From positions 62,992,001 to 63,056,000 of the forward strand of contig OX597830.1 in assembly GCA_951406725.2 (NCBI GenBank): a stretch of DNA of 64,000 nt. Direction: 5' to 3'. This document shows positions 37,797 to 49,204 of the stretch, piece by piece. Both the position numbers and the translations under genes were made by a program. Source of the DNA: Octopus vulgaris. Lineage: Eukaryota. The notes under the pieces are model-generated. The model saw only the letters and a program-made list of their open reading frames with translations, was not told the origin of the DNA and ran no database searches. Position 1 is the first letter of the stretch. Each line of letters opens with the position of its first letter.

Positions 37797-40715
37797 CACT
37801 CACACACACATACACTCACACACATACACATATGCACACACACATTTTATAAAAAGATTTGCAAAGAATTCTTTATACAGTCACAATATTTGAAGCAAGA
37901 TTTCCTTAAATTAATAATTATTAATTGCATAAAACTCTTTTTAAAAAAATCCAGAATGGCATGAACCTTCCAAAAGGTTCTTATCATTTTGTTATTTTAA
38001 GTTATTTTTTGGTATAATTAATAAATTTTTGATTAAAAAAAATCTTTCTTCATATATATATATATATATAAGAGAGAGAAAGAAGTAGAGAGATGTGTGT
38101 GGATGTGTAAGGGTTTTTAAATGTCTGTCTGCATGGCTGTATATGTCCATATATTGTTAAATAGTATTTTCTGCAGGGTTGGTCCAATTTGACTCATACA
38201 CATGATGATCTTTTGGTATCTGAGTTCAAAATCTGGATTGTATTTTCAAGGTCCTTTAGGATGTTGAGGTAACAACTGTGTCAGAGGTCAGTAAATTTGA
38301 CATCATTATGAATTCAGTGAAAGCGGTGAAAGTCTTCCAACTGCTCCTCCTACAGGTAGCAGCTTCACTTCCCCAAGTCCAAATTTTTTTTTCAAAAGTC
38401 ATTAAAAGGATTCATTATTAATCATCATCATCATCATCATCAACGTTAAACGATGATGATGATGATGATGATTAATAATGAATCCTTTCCATCATTTTTG
38501 CAAGGAATTAAGAAAGAAATGTAAAAAATATGGGCTTCTTGGTAGAATGTTGTGCCTCTGTGGACATGCCTAAATTATAGATTTATTGATTAGTATCAAT
38601 ACTTTAGGATCATTGTATTGAACAATGGAGACGGCTCTTAGCAGGGTTGCAGATCATATCAGCCTGACCGAAGCTTTATCTTCCAATAGTGGAGTCACTC
38701 AGTGGTGAAACTATGCTCACTGTTGACTATGCTGGCTAAGCATGGTCACAGGACTGACCATTTGTAGGAGCACATATCTAAGATCACTGTTTACATGATG
38801 CAAGCAGTTGATCACTAGGTCATATCCCAAATGAGCAGGACTATGCTTGACTAGTAAATACAAACTCACTTGATGGAGGTTCTTGTTAACAGCAAGAAAG
38901 TGGGCCACACTGGTGGGAAACATCGAGGACCTTTTATGATGTTTGGTCCTGATGAGCTAATAGTAACTCAGTTTGCATAAAGAAACAATCTTCTTAAGCT
39001 GCATTCTGGGTCCAGGATGTTCTGGACCCAATTTTTCAGCTGAGGAGCAAGGGAGACGGGGGATGAGCCACCGTGCCTTGTGTAAACCCATTTTGGTCTC
39101 AAGATTCACGGATGCCTCTGTTTCTATCACCAGATCCGACACTCCTCAAACTGAAGGAGAGGAATTTCTCTTGTCATAAAATAAAGTATGGCAGATATAT
39201 AACAGAATCAGTAGAGCATCAATGAAAATGCCTCGTGATATTCAGTTATGTACCTTTACATTCTGAGTTCAAATCCCACCTAGGTCTGCTTTACCCTCCA
39301 TCCTCTCAAGGTCATTATAATAGTCAATGTAATCTCAACTATGCCCTTGAAGGTGGTGTTCCAGCATGACCACAGTCCAGTGATTAAAACTAGTATAAGA
39401 CTATATATATATATATATATATATACATATAGATGGATACACACACACACATGTGTGTACACATGTATGTGTGTGTACCCACTTCCTATTCACTTCCAAT
39501 GGTACAATTAACTCAAAATCGAGAATTCCTTTGGTTAAGATGGACAAAATGATAAGGTTGGTGGAGCATTGCTTTGTTATTGCCATAATAGGGCCTGGGC
39601 TAATGAACACCTCTTCCAAATCCCACTTTACCTTCCACTTATTAGCACCATTCAGAGAATCTGGCTTTTCTTTTGTTACACTTCCACTTGCCTTGTGTGT
39701 AAACAGAGGGTACAGCTCAGTGTCAATTGCCCTGACAGCAATGATGATGATGATGATGATGATGCTCTGGCACATTAGTAAACATCTTCAAGACTTGGTT
39801 ATACCAGAAAGAATATCCTGCAAGACATGAATTGCATTCTGCCAGAAAATGTCTCAGTGGTGTTTAGTCTCTTAGTCTCCATACAGATGGCAGTTAATAA
39901 TATCACTACAACCTCCACTGTTTGAAGATTGGCCAAGGATGGGAGCACATCATACAGTCATCTTAGTAGGAACCACAACCCAGCTGGCTCCATTTTCCTC
40001 AGTATCTCCAAAAATAGATTCCTCTAGTCAGCTCTCTCTCTCTCTCTCCCTCTTCTGTCAGCTTCCAAACCCCAGTGATTTAGTCATATAAGCTTCTCTC
40101 TGGCTACGATACTCTTTCTGCTCCTTTTATTCTGGTGGATACTCATTGGTTTTCTACATATTCCAGTCCCGCCCGTGTCCTCTGCTCTGAACCTATCAAC
40201 ATTTTTCATTTCCAGTTCAGGCCCTGCCACCTCCATAAGCATCTCTCACTTTCCTTTTCCTTTCTACTAGCAATATTGGCTGCTCCAAAATGAATAAGGG
40301 GGCTCCACAGAATCCCTTGAGTCTTTGCTACTTTTGTCTTATTTCCATCAGTGGTGTTAATGGCATCAGACAGTTCCACACCAAGCACAGACATCAATGT
40401 CTGTTCGTCCCTATCTTGGTTTGCCCTCCATCTTCATGCCCTCACTTGCCATTGTTTAAAGATATTGCATAGAATATGGCCAACACTCCTAAAGACCTGC
40501 AACCTGAGAAATGGAATCTACTCTCTTCCATATGAGTGTTTGTTTATGTGTGTGTGTGTGTATGCACAGGCATGTACGTATTCATGTATAGGTATGTATG
40601 TGTATATATGTGTAGATATATATCTATATACACACACACTCATATATATATATGTGTGTGTGTATTTGTATAAATATGTGTGTATGTAAGTATATGCATG
40701 TATGGGCATTTGTGT

Positions 40716-40777
<62 letters not shown>

Positions 40778-40780
40778 CTA

Positions 40781-41010
40781 CATGGTTGGCCAAAAGTCAC
40801 CCAACAGTAAATCAAAATTCCATAAATGCCATCTGTAATTCTTTATTGACTCGAATTGAAAAATGTGTCACTCAAGAAGGACTTCAGTTTGAACAATTTT
40901 CATGTTTCATATTTAGATGCCTTTATTAAATTCATTCAGTTGTTAAACATAAATAAACCTTGGAATTAAATGGTTTTGATTTACTGTCAGCTGACTTTTG
41001 GCCAACCATG
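40781..41010. mobile_element. Tc1/mariner-type MITE
   Basis: TA-catggttggccaaaagtca...tgacttttggccaaccatg-TA perfect terminal inverted repeats. Confidence 0.85.
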
Positions 41011-41188
41011 TATATATATATGTGTGTGTGTGTGTATATATATATATATTACGGTGATGTACTTGCATAGCAAGTGACCTGATCTGAGATCATGTGCTGG
41101 AACGAAAACAATTGCAGTGTGGAAGGTGTTTATAAGCCATTTAAAAACACACAAAAACCATTAGATTCACTTCAACATTTAAATTTAA

Positions 41189-41239
41189 TTTGCCAAAATA
41201 TTTTCATCGATTTGAGATCGCGACCTGTTCACTGACAAA
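41189..41239 (-). ncRNA. Minimal hammerhead-like motif with G3:C8 swapped core, in a hairpin loop
   Basis: Minus strand UUUGUCA-GUGAACA-G-GUCG(...)CGAU-GAAAAUAUUU-UGGCAAA. Confidence 0.55.
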
Positions 41240-41331
41240 ATTCTGGCAAATTAAATTTAAATGTTGAAGTGAATCTAACGGTGTTTGTGTTTCTTAAATG
41301 GCTTATAAATACCTTCCACGCTGCAACTGTT

Positions 41332-41363
<32 letters not shown>

Positions 41364-41992
41364 CGTCAGTGGATCATATATCCAAAAAGAAACCTACTCT
41401 AAAAGTTCAAGAAGTAATGTGAAGAAGCTAAATCCATGTCTAGTCATAGTGTGACCAATGGTTTCACATCCTTAAGGCACATAGCTTTACTGATGACTCA
41501 TCATTGGAGTCTGACCAGCATTTCGTGGGTGTGAAACCATTGGTCACTCTTTTACTGGACACGTATTTAACTCCATATAAATAGATACATATTATTATAT
41601 ACACACACATATATACAATTTCAGGTAATAGTCCCTGTGGTCAAACATACAAACCCACTGCTGCTATGATGCCATTTATCATCTGGATTCCTCGTTGCCA
41701 TAACCAATTATCAGACCCTTCTCTAACAAACCACACACACACAATTAACAAGCAGACAGCCTCCTCCTCCTCCACACCTTCACTTACTAACCCTGTCCCG
41801 CCTCCACCCCCAACACTCTAATCTACCCTTGGTCGAAATAATTAGACATTTATTTCAAAGTTTGTCAAAAATCTAGTTGAACTAGTTGATTGTTTGAAAT
41901 GGTGGTATTTTTGTGCATCACTAGCGCCCCCTTGGTGCACAACCGGTGTTGATGCGTAGTCGAAACAGATGAATTTCTATGGTTTATTATTA

Positions 41993-42023
<31 letters not shown>

Positions 42024-42071
42024 TACAATCATCATCATCATCATCATTGCTATTATTATTATTAATAGTAC

Positions 42072-42542
42072 TTAGGGTGGCAGTTTGGCTGAATTGTTTT
42101 GGCGTTGGATCAAATGCTGGAAGGCATTTCATCCAGCTCTTTACATTCTGAGTTCAAATCCTCACTGAGGTCGACTTTGCCTTTCATCCTTCCGGATGGG
42201 ATCAATAAAATAAAGTACCAGTCAAGTATTGAAGTGGAGTGCAGGGGTGTGATTTTTATCGAGTAAGCCTCTCTCCCCATCAAATCCATGGCCTTGTGCC
42301 TACACTAGAAACATCATTAAGAAGGCAGTGTGCTGGCAGAATCGTTAGCACGCCGGGCAAAATGCTTGGCAGTATTTCATCTCTCACTACGTTTTGAGTT
42401 CAAATTCTGCTGAGGTCAACTTTGCCTTTCATCCTTTCGGGGTCAATGAATTAAGTACTAGTTGCATGCTGGGAAGGGGGCCAGTTGATTAGACTGGCCC
42501 CCTTCCCCAAAAATTTCAGGCCTTGAGCCTATAGTAGAAAGG

Positions 42543-42583
<41 letters not shown>

Positions 42584-42800
42584 GAAGGAGGTGAGCTGGC
42601 AAAATTGCTTGGGAGTTGGGTGTAATGCTTAGTGGCATTTCGAGTTCAAATCCCACTGATGACAACTTTTCCTTTCATCCATCCGGAAGGAGTCAATAAA
42701 ATAAAGTACCAGTCAAGTACTGGGGTTGATTTAATCAACTAGCTCTCCCCCCCACTCCCGCCCTGAATTTGTGGCTCTGTGCCTACACTACAAATAATTA
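42072..42800 (+). mobile_element. Three tandem SINE family-2 copies separated by (ATT)n tails
   Basis: Three repeats of gagttcaaat...ctttgcctttcatcc...aagtac...ggccttgtgcct. Confidence 0.85.
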
Positions 42801-43547
42801 TTACTATTATTATTATTATTATTAATTTATTAATTATTATTTTCATGTCATCAACTGATTTGTCTTCACACAAAATGACTATCAAAATATTAAAAAAAAA
42901 ATGGTTTAAAAAAAAAGAAAACAGAATAAAATCAATATTATATTTTTGTCTGTTTAAATTTATTTTGTTGTTGTTTTGTTATGTTGCCTTTGTTGTTGTT
43001 GTTTAGCCCTGGGTCAGTCCTGATTGGGCTAGACCCATGATCCAAGGCTTTCCAGTTTGACTTTTTTTTTTTATGTTAGGCACAGGCTTGGCCATGTGAT
43101 TAAGAAGCTTGCTTTGCTACCACAGTGTTTTGGGTTCAGTTTCATGTTGCAGCAATCTGTGAATTTGGTAAAGAGAAACAAGGTGGAAACCCATTGTCTA
43201 ATATAATAAATACAAATGTCTGTGTGTCACACTTTTTCAACTTTACTCCTAGAGGCCGTAGCCCAACATATACCATTTTGGAATTAGGCCGACTCCACGA
43301 GTAAGTTAAAAACTTTCTGGACCGAATCCAGACCCGCAATCCTGAAATTTTGAATTCCCAAGTTTTCATTATTGCCATTGTTTTTGGCAATTTTTGTACA
43401 TGATTTTTAACGACAAATTTTTTTGTACAATAACAATTTTTATAACTTGGAAATAAATTTTGGGAATAATCAAAATTAATTGCAAAATCCAGCAATTATT
43501 TTTGGTGGTTTTTTTTTACGTGGTTTTTAGCAACAGGTAGGAACTGT

Positions 43548-43832
43548 GTGGTATGTAACTTAAACACCAGGATCGACTGTAAAAGTAGGAACACATTTTA
43601 CAGCATAAGTTACATGGAAGAGGTTTGTAAGGACAGGAACACTGCATACATTGGGGAGACATCTGTGAGTCTAGTGGAAAGACTAAACAAACACTGGGGA
43701 GAGTATAATGATGGGAAACAGTTGTCCATATGTTCTCTGCATGCCGAAACCAACATGGCAACATGCTGGGGTGAATTAACATCTATATTTTGTCCAAACA
43801 CTCAAGGGGTCTATCACTTAAACAAATATTAG
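43548..43832 (+). mobile_element. Penelope-like element GIY-YIG endonuclease fragment
   Basis: FYSIS...C...AYIGETSVSLVERLNKH fits the GIY-YIG pattern YIGETxRxLxxRxxEH typical of PLE ORFs. Confidence 0.7.
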
Positions 43833-44590
43833 AGTATGACCTCATAAATGAAACATTACCCCTACTGAATAGGAAATACATGTAGGAGGTAGAGATACCT
43901 CAATGCCACAGGTACCACCCATAAGGTGTGCATCTGTGTGGACAGGTAGGTAAGCAGGTACATGGATATATACATAGACAGATGGGTAGGTAGTTAGCTA
44001 GGTGTTTATGTTAGGTAGGTGGGGAGGGTGGTAGATAGATAAATAGGTAGGTAGGTAAATGGGTAGTATGGTCAGATATGTACATACATGCTCAAGACCA
44101 CAACCATACACACACATACATGAACTTACACTCAAACATACATAAGCATGTGCATGCACATATTCAAGCTCAGGCACACATACACACACATATGCAACAC
44201 ATATGCAATATACACACACACAAGGACACAGGAACACAACCATACACATGCACACACACACAGACATGCACAAACTCACACATAAAAAAACATTCATACA
44301 AATGCATATGAACACACACACCTACCATATTCTCCTGTCTATTCCTCTCTTCCCCCACAGGAAAGAACTACACCCTAAACACCCCTGACACCCCACACCA
44401 TAAACCCATACAGCAGGCGTAAGACAAAAACAAAATGATAAATTAGATTTAATTTTATTTTAAGGTGCTTACCAACCACATGGTTCCTGGTTCAGTCCCA
44501 CTGCATGGCACCTTGGGCAAGTGCTTTCTACTGAGCAAAGCCTTGTGAGTAGATTTGGTAGAAGGAAACTGAAAGAAGCCCATATTATAT

Positions 44591-44820
44591 ACGGTGTTCA
44601 AAAAATTTCTCTGCAGTAAGTATTTAATGGTTTTTGAGCAATTCTTGTACACGGATCCTTTACTTTATTCCACAGAAAAAAAAGTCTAGCGGTGTTAAAT
44701 CAGGTGATCTTAGTGGCCAAAGTCCCTTCGAAATAATCTGTTCTCTGAAAAGATCTTGAAGTAGTGCCATTGTAAAGTACAGGATGGAAAAAATTCACTG
44801 CAGAGACTTTTTGAACACCC

Positions 44821-44822
<2 letters not shown>
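44591..44822. mobile_element. Mariner-derived MITE
   Basis: Inverted ends ggtgttcaaaaaatttctctgcagt / actgcagagactttttgaacacc. Confidence 0.7.
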
Positions 44823-44855
<33 letters not shown>

Positions 44856-45018
44856 AGATGAGAAAGTTGGTTTGTGAAAGCACGTGGTTGAATATATAGA
44901 AAATAGTAAAAAGTGAAAAAACTACAGAAGGCTTGTTTTAAAAGGTTAAAAAATATATATTTGAGTCAATATGTCTGAAGAATGTTATAAAGTTTTTTCT
45001 TATAATGACATAGTTTAG

Positions 45019-45058
45019 AAGAAATGACCGGTTTCGCGTTCAGCTTTTCAAATTTCTT
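45019..45058 (-). ncRNA. Minimal hammerhead-like motif with U3:A8 core, in the loop of a ~130-bp hairpin
   Basis: Minus strand AAGAAAU-UUGAAAA-GC(ugaac)GC-GAAAC-CG-GUC-AUUUCUU: 7-bp stem I, GUC cleavage triplet, palindromic ACCGGU stem III. Confidence 0.65.
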
Positions 45059-45213
45059 ATTTCTTCTAAACTATGTCATTGTAAGAAAAAAATTTATAAT
45101 ATTCTTCAGACATATTGACTCAAATATATATTCTTTAAACTTTATAACAAGCCTTCTGTAGCTTTTTCACTTTTTACAATTTTCTATATATATATATATA
45201 TATGCCTTATATA

Positions 45214-45415
45214 TGAGGAGCTGCTGAAAGTTCCTAGCTTTGGGTAAAAGAAGAAACAGGAAGATTTTATTCAATATATTCCCTTCTCAGATTCACACAC
45301 TTATTGCAGCGGTCCTTCAGTTTTTCTAATCCTTGTAAAAGAACTTGGAAGGCTGGGCCTCCAACCAAGCCTTTCGTGACACCCTTAAAGCCAGGAACTT
45401 TTCAGCACTCCCTCT
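45214..45415. mobile_element. Mariner-derived MITE
   Basis: Inverted ends gaggagctgctgaaagttcctagcttt / aaagccaggaacttttcagcactccctc, TA-rich flanks. Confidence 0.65.
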
Positions 45416-45856
45416 TATATATGTTTTTGTGTCGGTGTTTGTCCCCCGCCACTGCTTGACAACTTGTGTTAGTTTGTTTGTGGTTCAGCAATAAGGCCAA
45501 TAGAATCCGTACCAAGCTTAAAAAAAGTAAGTCCTGCAGTCAATTTGTTCAACTGAAATTCTTCAAGGTGGTGCCACAATCAAATGACTGAAGCAAATAG
45601 ATCAAAGATATGTATGTCAGATACCCTGATATTACCCAGGGTGGCAAAAGCATACTTCCAAAGTTACCTATCATATGACAGCAATATATATACATATATA
45701 GAAAAAAGCGAAAGGGGCACAGTGAACTTGCTGTGAGGAGTGGAATATCCAATGTTCGGGATTCAGTCCTTCATCAGGGGGCAGAGAAAAAAAATCAGTT
45801 TCAGCCAGTTTTTCAAGCTGAGAGGATGTAAATTCTGTTTGACTTTACAGTTCTAT

Positions 45857-46096
45857 GGGCATATGGCATAGTGGTTAAGAGCGCGGGCTACTAACCCCAA
45901 GATTCCAAGTTCGATTCCAGGCAGTTACCTGAATAATAATAACAATAATAATAATAACATCGAAAAATACCTTAGGAATGAGAACCCAGGTTCAAAATTT
46001 CCCCAAGACTCCTGAAGAAGGATGGAGGGTATATCAGCCAAAACGTGTTAACAAACAAGATGAGGACAAATATCCATCAAATGTAAATAATGTAAA
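45857..46096 (+). mobile_element. tRNA-headed SINE with a hammerhead-like 3' domain
   Basis: A box tggcatagtgg (45864-45874), B box agttcgattcc (45908-45918), (AAT)n linker, CUGAAGA-stem-AAAAC motif at 46012-46044; flanking duplication tctgtttgacttt at 45834-45846 and 46097-46109. Confidence 0.7.
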
Positions 46097-46239
46097 TCTG
46101 TTTGACTTTTTCCTCTTTTTCCCTGCCCCCTAATGAAGGATTGGATATTCCACTCCTCACAGCAAGTTCACTGTACCCTTTTCACTTTTTCCTATATTTT
46201 TTCAAGTCTTGCTGACACAGAGCTACTAGATTATAAGCA

Positions 46240-46538
46240 TATATATACGGGATGAGATACTGCAACAACTTGGGTTTCAAGGGATCCTTCCAAAATGCCT
46301 GAGAGACCTGCATGGGTGTGGATGTAGGTGTCTTCAGAACAAAGCTGGATCTCCTCCTGTCAAGGGTTCCAGATGAACCCATCTCATGGCAGGAAACCCA
46401 GATGAGGGCAGCAGCATCAAACCCCCTCATTCACCAAATGCCACACATCAGAGGAGGTTTCAAATAATGAAGGTGTAGCACAGCCAAATGTGGTGCCCCA
46501 GCATGGCCGCAGCTTTGGAGCTGAAACAGGTTAAAGAG
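46240..46538 (+). mobile_element. CR1-type LINE 3' fragment
   Basis: ILPKCLRDLHG and VFRTKLDLLLSRVPDEP, then a 3' UTR ending ggtgccccagcatggccgcagctttggagctgaaacagg. Confidence 0.8.
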
Positions 46539-47328
46539 TATGTGTGTGTGTGTGTGTATAAGTGGACAAGCGAAAGAAAGAGGCACTCTGCACGTCTAGT
46601 AGGAGTCACGTATATTATTATCTAAAACAGTCTGATTCACCTCCGTGCAACTTCAAGTTTTATGTGTGTGTGTGTATATTCTACAAAACTTACATAGCAC
46701 ATCAGAAATCAGATGGCAAGATTACATAACCTGTAGAGAGAGTAAGATTGAAATACTTAGTGTAACATCAACTGAAGACTCTATATATATAGGAAGGGTA
46801 TCCAACTGTAAAAATCCTGCCAAAACAGTCACAGAAGTTTGGTACAGGCTTTGGTGGTACCGTCCCACCCATGCGAGCACGGAAGACGGATGCTAAGCGA
46901 TGATGATGATGATTATCATTATTATTACTATATATATAAATTGTGGGACGGTACCACAAGAGCTGGCCAGGCCAAAGCCTGTACCAAACTTCTGTGATTG
47001 TTTTGGCAGGATTTTTACAGTTGGATACTCTTCCTTACACCAACCACTCAGCAGGGTGGACAAAGTGCTTTTTACATGGCACAAGCACAGGTGAGTTGAG
47101 AGTGCTAATAATAATAATAATAATAATAATCCATGGATGGAATTCATAGATATTCTAATGCATTGTTATGCATGTAGCAATGCATTAGATATTATTATTA
47201 TTATTATCCTACATTATATCAGCACAGCTCGGTACAACCCCAAAAACTGTTATTGCCAGTTGGTAACATTAAGTTGTAGCTGACATAACAAATAGGAGCT
47301 TCTATATAGATATTCAAAAATATTTCCT

Positions 47329-48915
47329 TTAACCCTTTTGTTACTGTATTTATTTTGAGATGCTCTGTGATTCTTTCAGTTACTTTAAATATAACAAAGA
47401 ATTTAGTAAATTAACTTAGTTATCATTAAGCTAGTGATAGGAACATAAATTGTGACTAAGGTTTAGTGGAAGATTTTAATTCAAAACTTATGAAAACAAG
47501 ACATTTGTACTGCAGAGCCAGAGCCGGTTTCAGCCAGATTGGTAACAAAAGGGTTAAATTAATCATTTGTTAACCCTTTTGTTACCATATTTCTGTTGAG
47601 ATGCTCTGTGTTTCTTTCAATTACTTTAAATATAACAAAAAATTTAGTAAAATAACTTAGTTATCATTCAGCTAGTGTTAGGAACATAAATTGTGACTAA
47701 GGTTTAGTGGAAGATTTTAATTCAAAACTTATGAAAACAAGACATTTGTACTGCAGAGCCAGAGCCGGTTTCAGCCAGATTGGTAACAAAAGGGTTAAAT
47801 TAATCATTTGTTAACCCTTTTGTTACCATATTTCTGTTGAGATGCTCTGTGTTTCTTTCAATTACTTTAAATATAACAAAAAATTTAGTAAAATAACTTA
47901 GTTATCATTCAGCTAGTGTTAGGAACATAAATTGTGACTAAGGTTTAGTGGAAGATTTTAATTCAAAACTTATGAAAACAAGACATTTGTACTGCAGAGC
48001 CAGAGCCGGTTTCAGCCAGATTGGTAACAAAAGGGTTAAATTAATCATTTGTTAACCCTTTTGTTACCATATTTCTGTTGAGATGCTCTGTGTTTCTTTC
48101 AATTACTTTAAATATAACAAAAAATTTAGTAAAATAACTTAGTTATCATTCAGCTAGTGTTAGGAACATAAATTGTGACTAAGGTTTAGTGGAAGATTTT
48201 AATTCAAAACTTATGAAAACAAGACATTTGTACTGCAGAGCCAGAGCCGGTTTCAGCAGATTGGTAACAAAAGGGTTAAATTAATCATTTGTTAACCCTT
48301 TTGTTACCATATTTCTGTTGAGATGCTCTGTGTTTCTTTCAATTACTTTAAATATAACAAAAAATTTAGTAAAATAACTTAGTTATCATTCAGCTAGTGT
48401 TAGGAACATAAATTGTGACTAAGGTTTAGTGGAAGATTTTAATTCAAAACTTATGAAAACAAGACATTTGTACTGCAGAGCCAGAGCCGGTTTCAGCCAG
48501 ATTGGTAACAAAAGGGTTAAATTAATCATTTGTTAACCCTTTTGTTACCATATTTCTGTTGAGATGCTCTGTGTTTCTTTCAATTACTTTAAATATAACA
48601 AAAAATTTAGTAAAATAACTTAGTTATCATTCAGCTAGTGTTAGGAACATAAATTGTGACTAAGGTTTAGTGGAAGATTTTAATTCAAAACTTATGAAAA
48701 CAAGACATTTGTACTGCAGAGCCAGAGCCGGTTTCAGCCAGATTGGTAACAAAAGGGTTAAATTAATCATTTGTTAACCCTTTTGTTACCATATTTCTGT
48801 TGAGATGCTCTGTGTTTCTTTCAATTACTTTAAATATAACAAAAAATTTAGTAAAATAACTTAGTTATCATTCAGCTAGTGTTAGGAACATAAATTGTGA
48901 CTAAGGTTTTGGTGG
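47329..48915. repeat. Tandem array of a 241-bp unit (piggyBac-like MITE plus 12-bp spacer), about 6.6 copies
   Basis: TTAACCCTTTTGTTAC starts at 47329, 47570, 47811, 48052, 48292, 48533 and 48774; each full unit ends GTAACAAAAGGGTTAA followed by spacer attaatcatttg. Confidence 0.97.
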
Positions 48916-49204
48916 TGCCACGTAAAAAGCATCCAATCTACACTGTAAAGTGGTTGGCATTTGGAAGGGCCTCCAGCTGTAAAAATCTTGCCAAAACTGT
49001 CCTTGCCTGTACAGGTGCCATGTAAAAAGCACCCAGCACACCCTGTAAATTGGTTGATATTAGGAAGGGCATCCTGCCATAAAAACCTTGCCAAAACAAG
49101 CAGAGTAGCATAGGGTAGTTTTTCTACCTGGCCAGTGCCTGTGACCCGTCCTACCCATGCATGCATGGAAGATGGACGTTAAATGATGATGATGATGATT
49201 GTAT

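Noticed and set aside
38600-40530. Second protein-coding gene downstream of PDK
   Set aside because: More GC-rich patches, but only short ORFs without recognisable motifs or consistent splice phase; probably old retroelement debris.
43197-43500. Helitron 5' end (TCTAATATAATAAAT...)
   Set aside because: Start resembles Helitron termini, but no 3' hairpin-CTAG end or A|T insertion site could be found; left unannotated.
47329-48915. CRISPR-like array
   Set aside because: Units are 241 bp with identical spacers and MITE terminal inverted repeats; no cas genes; eukaryotic context.
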